Source: Alphaproteobacteria bacterium (lineage in GTDB: Bacteria > Pseudomonadota > Alphaproteobacteria > CAAHEQ01 > UBA3637). From it: a stretch of DNA of 64,000 nt. The notes beneath the pieces were generated by a model. That model had not been told where the DNA came from and did not search any database. It saw only the letters and a program-made list of their open reading frames with translations. Positions 1 through 8,482 of this stretch are shown piece by piece (the first letter of the stretch is position 1; each line of letters begins with the position of its first letter). The DNA is taken from contig JAZRDB010000012.1 of assembly GCA_045660045.1 (NCBI GenBank), positions 55,869-119,868 of the forward strand, read 5' to 3'. The position numbers and the translations under genes are program-made.

Positions 1-1037
1 GAGATGAAAAAATCCGTTTTGTTTTCTTTTATTTTACACAAATCTGTTTTATTCCATATGGTTATGATGTGTTTTTTAAGTAATTCTTTTGGTAACTTTT
101 CCGTTTTTGGATACTGTTTTGCATCTTGCACAAACAAAATCAAATCGGCATTCTCCGCCTTTTTCACTGCACGCCGAATTCCTTCCGCTTCAATTTTCTC
201 TTTTGATTCACGAAGGCCTGCTGTATCAGCCAAAATCAGAGGGAACCCAGCCACATCCAAATGAGCTTCCACAATGTCACGCGTAGTTCCAGCCGTTTGC
301 GACACAATTGCCACTTCCCGTTTGGTAAGAGCATTTATCAAAGAAGACTTACCGACATTGGGCGCTCCCACAATTGCAATTTGATAACCATCACGCAAAC
401 GCTCCCCTCGACGATCATCATTTAAATGTTTATCAATTTCTTTGACAAGTTTTTGAATATCTCCATCAATTTCACGCTCTTTCTCGGGCGGAATTTCCTC
501 TTCTGGAAAATCGATAAAGGCCTCAGCATACGCCAAGTGATGTACCAATTTTTTCCGCCAACCTTCATAAAGCGCGCTTAAATTTCCATCCATTTGTGCC
601 AAAGCTTGTTTGCGCTGTTCTTCCGTTTCCGCATGAACCAAATCCAACAAACCTTCGGCCTCTGTCAAATCCATTTTGCCATTGATAACAGCGCGGCGTG
701 AGTATTCGCCTCGCTCTGCCGGACGCAAGCCCTCAATTTTAGAAAGCGCCTGCATCACTGAAGATATAACGCCACGACCACCATGCACTTGATATTCCAC
801 AATGTCTTCACCGGTAAAGCTGTGCGGTGCTTTGAAATACAAAACCAAGGCACGATCCAAAACTTTTTTACCATCTTTTAAAGCGGCAAAATAAACTTTG
901 CCCGCTTCCACTTTTTTGATAGTGGTTAAACGTTTTAATGTTTCTTTTGCTTTTGGGCCAGATACACGGATAACGGCAACTCCCGCTGTACCAAGACCAC
1001 TTGCCAACGCATAAATGGTATCACCATTTTGATACAT
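1..1037 (-). CDS. mnmE: tRNA modification GTPase MnmE (TrmE), N-terminal ~345 codons; 3' end runs off the window
   Basis: The minus frame is open from the ATG at 1037 to the window edge; it is missing from the ORF track because there is no stop. Translation MYQNGDTIYALASGLGTAGVAVIRVSGP..., G domain IAIVGAPNVGKSSLINAL and DTAGLRE. The start overlaps the engB stop (TAATG). Confidence 0.9.
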   Translation of the reverse strand, partial: MYQNGDTIYALASGLGTAGVAVIRVSGPKAKETLKRLTTIKKVEAGKVYFAALKDGKKVLDRALVLYFKAPHSFTGEDIVEYQVHGGRGVISSVMQALSKIEGLRPAERGEYSRRAVINGKMDLTEAEGLLDLVHAETEEQRKQALAQMDGNLSALYEGWRKKLVHHLAYAEAFIDFPEEEIPPEKEREIDGDIQKLVKEIDKHLNDDRRGERLRDGYQIAIVGAPNVGKSSLINALTKREVAIVSQTAGTTRDIVEAHLDVAGFPLILADTAGLRESKEKIEAEGIRRAVKKAENADLILFVQDAKQYPKTEKLPKELLKKHIITIWNKTDLCKIKENKTDFFI

Positions 1038-1657
1038 TATAATTCCTCCACAACCTTATAAATCTCGCCACGAAGCGCAGCAACATTCAACCCATTTTCG
1101 CTGCTTGTCACCAACATTTCAGGATAGCATGCTACATGCTTTTTCCCCTCTGCCATTGTGTTGGCTAAAACCTTTTCCAATTCGGATTCCTTCACCTTAT
1201 CGGCTTTCGTTAAAATGATCTGATATGTCACCGCCGCGCGATCTAACATCACCATAATATCTTGATCCACTTTCTTTAACCCATGGCGCGCATCAATCAA
1301 CAAGAACACGCGCTTTAATTGTTGACGACCACGCAAATACGCATGGATAAGTTGTGTCCATGCTTGGACAGTAGCCCGAGGGGCAGAAGCAAATCCATAA
1401 CCTGGCAAATCTACCATAAAAAACCGTTTTCCAACTTTGAAAAAATTCAACTCCTGTGTTCGTCCGGGTGTATTACTGGCACGTGCAATTACTTGTCCCG
1501 TTAAAGCATTAATCAAAGAGGACTTGCCAACGTTGGAACGCCCAGCAAAGGCAATTTCTGGTAAACGAAGTTTGGGTAAATCAGCTTCGGAACGAGCCCC
1601 GCGTTCGAATTGAACGCCATCGGCAAACAATTGTTTTCCCCGTTCCTCAAATGCCAT
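1037..1657 (-). CDS. engB: ribosome biogenesis GTP-binding protein EngB/YihA
   Basis: P-loop GRSNVGKSSLINALTG, DLPGYG and TKADK motifs. It lies directly downstream of yidC, as in many Alphaproteobacteria. Confidence 0.9.
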   Translation of the reverse strand: MAFEERGKQLFADGVQFERGARSEADLPKLRLPEIAFAGRSNVGKSSLINALTGQVIARASNTPGRTQELNFFKVGKRFFMVDLPGYGFASAPRATVQAWTQLIHAYLRGRQQLKRVFLLIDARHGLKKVDQDIMVMLDRAAVTYQIILTKADKVKESELEKVLANTMAEGKKHVACYPEMLVTSSENGLNVAALRGEIYKVVEEL

Positions 1658-3295
1658 TTACCCCACCTTTTTCATAATGTATTTTTGTTGTGCGATAGAT
1701 AAAATATTGCTCCACGTCCAATAGATAATCAAACCAACAGCAAATTGTCCCATCATAAACATAAATATCAGCGGCATATATTTAAACATATTCGTTTGTG
1801 TTTTATCAGCGCCGGCTGGTTGGGGGGCCATTTTTTGTTGAATATACATTGTCAACCCCATCAATACAGGCATTAAACCCAAATTCAAAAAACTTGGGAT
1901 CGGCCACGGAACAAGTCCAAACAAGGTAAACACAGAACTTGGATCGGGTGCAGATAAATCTTTAATCCATCCAAAGAATGGTGCTTGACGCATTTGAAGT
2001 GATACAGACAACACTTTATACAAAGCAAAAAACACAGGAATCTGAATAAACATCGGCAAGCACCCACCGGCGGGATTCACTTTTTCACGTTTATACAATG
2101 CCATAATTTCTTGTTGCAAACGCACACGATCATTTTTATAACGTTCTTGTAAAATCTTCATTTGTGGCTGAACTTTTTTCATTTTCGCCATTGAAATATA
2201 AGACTTGGTTGCCACTGGTAATAATGCCAAACGCAACAACGTCGCAAACACCAAAATCGCAATTCCCATATTCCCGACTAATGCGTACAGCCATTGCAAG
2301 AAATATAAGAACGGCTTAGTCAAGAAATAAAACCATCCGAAATCAATTGTCAAATCAAACTTGGGAATATCAAGTGTTTTTTGATAAGCATTGATTAAAT
2401 TCAAGTCTTTTGCACCGGCAAACAAATGAGTTGTTTTTGTAACCGTTGCCCCTGGTTCGACTTTTTGAGGCGCAGTCTGGAACGAAGCAAAATACATATT
2501 ATCCATTTGTTTATCAACATATTCAACAGCTTGATCTTGATCCGGAATAAAAATGGTTTGCCAATATTTATCCGTCATACCGGTCCAACCGCCTTGTGTT
2601 TTAAAAGAAATCTCTTTCTTTTCCACATCATCATAGTTTGTTTCACGCAAACGATTATCCACCAGTGACACAAAGCCTGTATGCACAGATGTTCTTTCTT
2701 TTTGAATATTATCAACTGCGCGCGCCACAACCCCATTCAATGCCACAGAAATTGCCGTGCTTCCGTTGTTCTTTAAAGTATCTACGATTGTAAACATATA
2801 ATTGTCATCTACACTCACTTGACGTGTCAATTGAACACCAGCGCCATGCCATGTCAATGTCACAGGCGTTTCGGCAGACAATTTATCCGCAGACACTTTC
2901 CAATCCGTCATTTCTTCTGGTAATGCCGCAGCGCCAGTCCACTTCAAATAAGCTGTATATTTATCGGATAACAATTCAACATCAGGACTGTTGGCTTCAA
3001 TCGTTTGTTTGTATTTTTTCAAAGTCAAAGCATCAAAGACACCGCCATTTAAGGCAATCTCACCCCTTAAACTTTCGTTTTCAATGCTCACGTGTTTTGC
3101 AGAGCTTGCCACACTTTTTGTTACAATTTCCGGTTTTTCAAAAGCCTCTTGCACAATTTCTTGTTCCGTCGCTTGAGTTATTTCTTGCGATGGCTTTGTA
3201 AAGTATTGGAAACCAAATAAAACGGCAATAATCAAAATCATACTCCACATCATAGAGCGTTGTTCGGCTTTAATTTGTTTTGGTGTTTGTTGCAT
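1658..3295 (-). CDS. yidC: membrane protein insertase YidC
   Basis: Large periplasmic domain plus C-terminal multi-TM core (CLPMFIQIPVFFALY, YWTWSNILSIAQQ). Start moved from 3334 to the ATG at 3295 (MQQTPKQ...), which is preceded by AAGGGA. Confidence 0.9.
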   Translation of the reverse strand: MQQTPKQIKAEQRSMMWSMILIIAVLFGFQYFTKPSQEITQATEQEIVQEAFEKPEIVTKSVASSAKHVSIENESLRGEIALNGGVFDALTLKKYKQTIEANSPDVELLSDKYTAYLKWTGAAALPEEMTDWKVSADKLSAETPVTLTWHGAGVQLTRQVSVDDNYMFTIVDTLKNNGSTAISVALNGVVARAVDNIQKERTSVHTGFVSLVDNRLRETNYDDVEKKEISFKTQGGWTGMTDKYWQTIFIPDQDQAVEYVDKQMDNMYFASFQTAPQKVEPGATVTKTTHLFAGAKDLNLINAYQKTLDIPKFDLTIDFGWFYFLTKPFLYFLQWLYALVGNMGIAILVFATLLRLALLPVATKSYISMAKMKKVQPQMKILQERYKNDRVRLQQEIMALYKREKVNPAGGCLPMFIQIPVFFALYKVLSVSLQMRQAPFFGWIKDLSAPDPSSVFTLFGLVPWPIPSFLNLGLMPVLMGLTMYIQQKMAPQPAGADKTQTNMFKYMPLIFMFMMGQFAVGLIIYWTWSNILSIAQQKYIMKKVG

Positions 3296-3318
3296 TTTAT
3301 CCCTTTCTGTTTGGTGGT

Positions 3319-3347
3319 ATTTTAACTGAAACAAAAATAAAAATCAA
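3319..3347 (-). promoter_or_regulatory. candidate sigma70 promoter for yidC (TTGATT-N17-TAAAAT on minus strand)
   Basis: Hexamers read on the reverse complement with 17-nt spacing, about 25 nt upstream of the yidC start. Confidence 0.35.
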
Positions 3348-3359
3348 TGTTATTTTTGC

Positions 3360-3389
3360 TTGACATATGATATAGTTTATGATTATCAT
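3360..3389 (+). promoter_or_regulatory. candidate promoter of the Cys-rich operon (TTGACA 3360-3365, TATCAT 3384-3389)
   Basis: Consensus -35, 18-nt spacer, 5/6 match at -10. The TTG that opens the tracked ORF at 3360 is this -35 box. Confidence 0.4.
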
Positions 3390-3407
3390 GATTTCATGAG
3401 GTTTTTT

Positions 3408-4544
3408 ATGCGATCAAAAGTTATCTTTATTATGATTCTTTTGTTCTCTGCTTCCGTCTTTGCCTTTGGTGGTGGCGGCGGTGGCGGTGGCCGAGATCGT
3501 GTTCGCAAACAATATGGCATGAACTCTATGGGGATTTATACTGACCCAGATCACCCTATCGATCCTCCGATTTTTGGAGAATGTGACGATCCAAACGCAC
3601 ATTATAATGAACACGACCTATGTATATGCAACGATGGATATCAAAAAGAAGATACTATCTGCGTTATCAACGCTTGTCGTGATTTTGTTCCATCCGGTTG
3701 TCGCACAGAATGTTCTTCCTCGGGCGGCTCAGCATCATATACAGAATGTCACGGAACAGGAACCTGTGTAGGCAATGCATGTGAGTATGACGAACAACAT
3801 GATTGTAATCCGGCATGCGGTGTGTGCAAAAAATGTGACACATCCAATGGCATCTGCATTACCGATAGCGAACAAGAAGGTTTGACTTGCGCTGGTAAAT
3901 CTGTTTGTCAATCAGGAAGTTGTGTTTGTGATAGTGATAGAATCATTAACGGGAAAACCTGTTGTCCTGTTGGGACAAAACCAAACGCAGCCAAGGATGA
4001 GTGCGTTGTTGACACGGCAGAAAATTGCGACACAGGATATATATATAGTTATGATGACAACGCATGTATTCCTTGCGCAGCCGCAGATGGCAAGTCAACC
4101 CCATGGCTGGCTTGCCAACAATGTGGCATGATTTATTCTAAAAATAGAACTTGCCATAATCAACCAGCACCTGGCTTTATTGTAGATGATGCAAGAAACA
4201 CTTATGAGTGTGACTCTAATGTAGAAGCATTTGGGGTTCTGTCCAAAGAAATGTGTAACGTCTGTAAAGGTGTGCGTTTCTACGGCAAAAAAGGATCTAG
4301 ATATTATTGTGTTCGTTGTGACTATGGAGATGCTTATGAGCAGGGATTTATTGCACCACAAAATGAAGATTGTACAGGGGAATATGGATGTCCCGACAGG
4401 CGCGTAGTTGAGAATTCATTGTGCAAATGTGCAACAACCACAATAAAAGAAGAACGTTGGATGCCCAAGTGGGATAACACAACCCAACAATTTTTACCAC
4501 CCGTGAAGACAAACGTTACTATCTGTCCTGCGCCAGAACCTTAA
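3408..4544 (+). CDS. secreted cysteine-rich repeat protein, paralog 1 (signal peptide + Gly8 module)
   Basis: Start set at ATG 3408 (GAGG 6 nt upstream), by analogy with the paralogs. N-terminus MRSKVIFIMILLFSASVFA/FGGGGGGGGRDR. The rest is dense in Cys with CxxC and CxC spacing. Confidence 0.8.
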   Translation: MRSKVIFIMILLFSASVFAFGGGGGGGGRDRVRKQYGMNSMGIYTDPDHPIDPPIFGECDDPNAHYNEHDLCICNDGYQKEDTICVINACRDFVPSGCRTECSSSGGSASYTECHGTGTCVGNACEYDEQHDCNPACGVCKKCDTSNGICITDSEQEGLTCAGKSVCQSGSCVCDSDRIINGKTCCPVGTKPNAAKDECVVDTAENCDTGYIYSYDDNACIPCAAADGKSTPWLACQQCGMIYSKNRTCHNQPAPGFIVDDARNTYECDSNVEAFGVLSKEMCNVCKGVRFYGKKGSRYYCVRCDYGDAYEQGFIAPQNEDCTGEYGCPDRRVVENSLCKCATTTIKEERWMPKWDNTTQQFLPPVKTNVTICPAPEP

Positions 4545-4575
4545 CAATAACTAATACTACATTGGGAGAGGAAAA

Positions 4576-5487
4576 ATGAAACTTTTAAAAACATTATTTT
4601 GTTGTGCATCCATCGGAATGATTTCAGTGGCACAAGCACAATCTATGCAAGAATTGGATGTCTGTCAAAACCTTGTGTTAGAAGCTGAAACAGAATATGA
4701 TGTCACCACCTATGATGATTGTGGCTTTAATGATCTGCGCACAGCAATTGCTTATTGGGCACCATTGGCCGAACAAAACAAGTGGGGCAACGCCTTATAT
4801 GAAATTTACAAACGCCATGCCGATTATCCCAATATTAAACACTATCTTTACATGGCGGCCAAATTTGGCCAATCAAACTCTTTGGTCTTGGTGGGGCATG
4901 AATTGTTTGATCAGGGCAAAGTAGCCGAAGCTATGCGCTATTACAATGTGGCAATTCATGGTGACTTAGATGAAGAAACTCAAGGCGTTATTACGGGACG
5001 TTTGGCAATGCTCTATGTAAATCCGAACAGCCCGTACTATGATATTAACAAATCATTACCATTACTGCAAAAAGCCGCATTACAACGTCAAGCGCAACCA
5101 AACAATGTCTTGGGTGTGTTATCGTTGTTCGGGATGGGCGGTTTACCACAAAATGCGGAAGAATCTTTCAAATATTTTTGGCGGGCTATTTTGCTGGGTT
5201 GTCCTGCAGCCGAAGAAAACCTGGGATTTTTCTTGTTAGCAAAAGACAAAAAAATTAACAATGATACTTTGAAATCAGAACTGTTAGCGCGTGCTTATTC
5301 TTGTGATGCCGTTGCTCAGACAAGCACAGAATACCCACCTTATCATCTTACATTCAATCCACAACAATGCGCAGATTTAAATTATTATGCACAGCGATTA
5401 GTGGATACTTCCCTGCCCTTTACGGGAAAAGAGGAGTGTGCATTTAGCGCTGATATGAGTCAAATGGCCGATTATTTAAGTCAATAA
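4576..5487 (+). CDS. secreted Sel1-like (SLR/TPR-type) repeat protein
   Basis: Signal peptide MKLLKTLFCCASIGMISVAQA/QS. Repeats of the Sel1 type (A..YY..A...G...A...LA.LY, LGVLSLFGMGGLPQNAEESFKYFWRAILLGCPAAEENLGFFLL). Confidence 0.75.
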   Translation: MKLLKTLFCCASIGMISVAQAQSMQELDVCQNLVLEAETEYDVTTYDDCGFNDLRTAIAYWAPLAEQNKWGNALYEIYKRHADYPNIKHYLYMAAKFGQSNSLVLVGHELFDQGKVAEAMRYYNVAIHGDLDEETQGVITGRLAMLYVNPNSPYYDINKSLPLLQKAALQRQAQPNNVLGVLSLFGMGGLPQNAEESFKYFWRAILLGCPAAEENLGFFLLAKDKKINNDTLKSELLARAYSCDAVAQTSTEYPPYHLTFNPQQCADLNYYAQRLVDTSLPFTGKEECAFSADMSQMADYLSQ

Positions 5488-5618
5488 AAAATTTAAAAAG
5501 CAGAAAACGAGATGCGCAAATTTTTATTATTAAGTTCAATTTTTGTGGCAAGTACAGTCCTCGCCTTTGGTGGTGGCGGAGGTGGTGGTCGCACCCGTCG
5601 TTTTTATGAACGCCATGG
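5448..5618 (+). repeat. direct repeat copy 1: last 40 nt of the Sel1 gene + 24-nt spacer + first 107 nt of paralog 2
   Basis: Hand alignment to 8312-8482 shows about 6 mismatches in about 171 nt. Similarity decays after this point. Confidence 0.9.
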
Positions 5619-8259
5619 TGGTGTAGATACCATTGGTGTCCACATTCATGAAAATGAGGAAAAGCCCGATATTCATTTTTGTAATCCCTGTGAGGATCCT
5701 GTGGATGATCAATGTGTACCCAGAACTTGTGGCGACAATCAACATTGTGATGCACAACAAGACAAATGCGTTTGCGATAATGATAATATGTACTATGGCC
5801 CAGCTGGATCTTGCACACTCTGCTCTGACACTGGTAAAATTTGGAATGGCACCACCTGCGTTTGTGATACCTCTGCACACTTAGTTGATGATGGCAATGG
5901 GACTTGTATCTGTAATAATGCTGAGAGCTATTATGGTGATCCTGCTTCTTGCACACTCTGCTCTGACACTGGTAAAATTTGGAATGGTGCCGCCTGTGTC
6001 TGTGATCCTACAAGCTATGACCCTGTAGACAATGAATGCCTGCCTAAATGTGAAACCTATCAACAACGTGATTCACAAAACGTCTGTCAAGATGTGATTT
6101 GTAGCTTGAATGCCAACATTTATGATGCAAATGATAATCAGGTTTGTGTATGCCCTGAACACCGCGATACAACAAACAATATTTGTGGTGATTGCATCTC
6201 AGAAACTTCATGGCAAACATGGACTCAACCAATTTTAACATCTAACGGCACAATGGGAGTTTCTGATTTCGCTTGTAATCAATCAACTTATCGTGGAGTA
6301 AGATATGCTTGGCGTGCCTTTGATGGAACCAATTTAGACCCAGAAGAAGATTGCTGGCACAATAATGATTATGACTCACCATCTTGGATGTCTTGGTATA
6401 CATCTAGTCCTATTAAGATAAATACCATTACTATTGTGAACAGACCAGAAGGGCCAGAGACTCAAGAACACACAGCTCTCAAAAATTTTGAAATTCAATA
6501 CTCAGATGACAATAGCAATTGGAATACACAATATTCTGGTGTAAATCCCATGGGCTATGGACTTAGCACAACACACAATGTAAATGCTACAACTGCTCAC
6601 AATTATTGGCGTATATATATTACAACAACTTATTACAATGAACATGTCACCATTGGAGAACTCATCATTGATGCGGATACACCACAAGAAACGGCAAGTT
6701 ATGTCATTGACGAAAATGGCATGTGCCAAGAGGTTGTGCCTTGTCCAACAGGTTACACCGGTGATGGTTGCACCGAATGTGCCGACGGTTATGAAGAGAT
6801 TGATGACGTATGTGTTGAAGTCTGTCCAGAAGGACAAGAACGTGCCTCAAATGGAGAATGCCTTGCCGTGTGTCCAGATGAGAATGTTTCTCGTAGCGTA
6901 CGAGATGGCACATGCTCCATTTGTAAAAATGGGAATGTGTATTTATCCTATAAGGATGATCCTTGTGGTACAGCAACTTCATTCTCAGGGTGTAAGAGCA
7001 ATGATGAGTGCAATCCAGGTCAGTATTGTTATCTAACAAACACTTCCTCTTCTTGTAATACACCAAACAATGGTGAATGTCGCTCTTTAGGCAATACCGA
7101 CACCGTAAATATTGAAGGTCTTGGCGTTGTCAGAGAAAGTTATCAGACCATGACATGGTGGGGCGCAGAGCAATGGTGTCAAGCACAAGGCATGAAATTA
7201 TTAGACGCCACTAAAATTGGTTGTTATTTCAGCGGCACCACCAATCCTATTGCCAGTGCAGATTCCTGGGGCTGGTGTTGCGCTGAATCCACATCTTGTG
7301 GTGATTGGCGTGGTTCATGGAATGGCACTAATATCACAAATGAATCAAATGTCAATGCGCACAGTGATATTATGATTAAATTAAGACAGGGGCTTGGAAC
7401 AAGAAACGAGCGCATGTGGGCTAGTACATCCACTGGTCCAGCAAATCTTTGTCAAGCACCTATCGTCAATATAAACCAAGGGGTCTTGGGATATGATCCT
7501 CGTTACGAAGATAATGATAACTATGGTGGTTATTTTACAGCATTATGCGAATGTGCAAGTGGTTATACTTATGATGAATTGACAGAAACATGTGTCCCAG
7601 GTTCTGCTGCTTGTCCAACTGGTTACACTGGTGATGGTTGCACTGAGTGTGATGAAGGATATGAAATGTTTAACGAAGCATGTATTCTATCCTGTGAAAG
7701 TGGGCAATACCATGACAACAATGGGCTTTGCCAAACATGTCCAAGCACTTTAAGTGGAAGAACATCGGAGTATGTGTGTCTTGCCTGCACCCCTGGTGGT
7801 TATTGGACAGGATCGGCCTGTAAGAATCCTTGTGCCGAGGGCAAATTCCATGTCTTATCTGGTGACTGCCAATCTTGTGATCCATCCGTTTACTCCACAG
7901 CTGCTGCAGCAACACCAGCAGAATGTGCGCTTTGTGGTGATCAACGGCGTGTCTTTGAAGTAACAGAAGCAGAATCTACATCCTACTACTGTGCTCCAAA
8001 AGATTGTGAATCTGGCAAATACCATGCGAACACGGGAACTTGTCGTTCGTGCAGTAGTTACACGGCTCCATCAACGGTTGAAGAGTGTGCTGTATGTGCG
8101 GGATATGGAACGCCACGTTATGTAGACTCCAGCGATGAAAATAAGTGCAAAAAGTGTCCAGCAGACATAGCTAGTGCTACTTCAGCCGAGCAATGCGAAC
8201 AATGCTTTGGCGGCATATACTCTGGTGGAATATGCCATACAGGGGCAGAACCAAGTTAA
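5512..8259 (+). CDS. secreted cysteine-rich multidomain protein, paralog 2 (EGF/furin-like repeats, discoidin-like, C-type-lectin-like)
   Basis: N-terminus MRKFLLLSSIFVASTVLA/FGGGGGGGRTRRFYERHGGVD. Two CPTGYTGDGCTEC motifs. An AWRAFDG...W...FEIQYSDDNSNW segment (F5/8 type C-like). MTWWGAEQWCQAQGMKLL...YFTALCEC (CTLD-like). Confidence 0.85.
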   Translation: MRKFLLLSSIFVASTVLAFGGGGGGGRTRRFYERHGGVDTIGVHIHENEEKPDIHFCNPCEDPVDDQCVPRTCGDNQHCDAQQDKCVCDNDNMYYGPAGSCTLCSDTGKIWNGTTCVCDTSAHLVDDGNGTCICNNAESYYGDPASCTLCSDTGKIWNGAACVCDPTSYDPVDNECLPKCETYQQRDSQNVCQDVICSLNANIYDANDNQVCVCPEHRDTTNNICGDCISETSWQTWTQPILTSNGTMGVSDFACNQSTYRGVRYAWRAFDGTNLDPEEDCWHNNDYDSPSWMSWYTSSPIKINTITIVNRPEGPETQEHTALKNFEIQYSDDNSNWNTQYSGVNPMGYGLSTTHNVNATTAHNYWRIYITTTYYNEHVTIGELIIDADTPQETASYVIDENGMCQEVVPCPTGYTGDGCTECADGYEEIDDVCVEVCPEGQERASNGECLAVCPDENVSRSVRDGTCSICKNGNVYLSYKDDPCGTATSFSGCKSNDECNPGQYCYLTNTSSSCNTPNNGECRSLGNTDTVNIEGLGVVRESYQTMTWWGAEQWCQAQGMKLLDATKIGCYFSGTTNPIASADSWGWCCAESTSCGDWRGSWNGTNITNESNVNAHSDIMIKLRQGLGTRNERMWASTSTGPANLCQAPIVNINQGVLGYDPRYEDNDNYGGYFTALCECASGYTYDELTETCVPGSAACPTGYTGDGCTECDEGYEMFNEACILSCESGQYHDNNGLCQTCPSTLSGRTSEYVCLACTPGGYWTGSACKNPCAEGKFHVLSGDCQSCDPSVYSTAAAATPAECALCGDQRRVFEVTEAESTSYYCAPKDCESGKYHANTGTCRSCSSYTAPSTVEECAVCAGYGTPRYVDSSDENKCKKCPADIASATSAEQCEQCFGGIYSGGICHTGAEPS
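5809..5987 (+). repeat. in-gene tandem duplication: identical 41-mer at 5809-5849 and 5947-5987 (period 138 nt = 46 aa)
   Basis: tcttgcacactctgctctgacactggtaaaatttggaatgg occurs twice and encodes SCTLCSDTGKIWNG in both units. Confidence 0.9.
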
Positions 8260-8311
8260 AATCCTTCAGAATGCCCAGCAGGAGTACCACGCAGACTATT
8301 ATGCATTATGT

Positions 8312-8482
8312 CGCTGATATGAGTCAAATGGCCGATTATTTAAGTCAATAAAAAATTTAAAAAGGAGAAAACAAGATGCGCAAATTTTTATTATTAAGTT
8401 CAATTTTTGTGGCAAGCACAGTCCTCGCCTTTGGTGGCGGCGGAGGTGGTGGTCGTACCCGTCATTTTTATGAACGCCATGG
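8312..8482 (+). repeat. direct repeat copy 2; its first 40 nt (8312-8351) are a relic of a Sel1-gene 3' end (..ADMSQMADYLSQ*)
   Basis: Near-identical to 5448-5618. There is no Sel1 gene body upstream of it, so the fragment is a duplication or deletion scar. Confidence 0.9.

Noticed and set aside
4-286. Two short plus-strand ORFs at the window start (4-264 and 89-286).
   Set aside because: They are antisense to the clearly recognisable mnmE coding frame.
3360-3407. The tracked start of paralog 1 at 3360 (MTYDIVYDYHDFMRFF...).
   Set aside because: Codon 3360 is a TTG that is itself the -35 TTGACA box. ATG 3408 has a GAGG RBS and gives an N-terminus collinear with the two paralogs.
5444-5956. 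His-rich minus-strand ORFs 5444-5956 (170 aa) and 8299-8814 (171 aa), which share a C-terminal sequence.
   Set aside because: They are antisense to the paralogous 5' ends of the Cys-rich genes. Their similarity simply mirrors the 171-nt direct repeat. The plus-strand genes have signal peptides, RBSs and paralog support.
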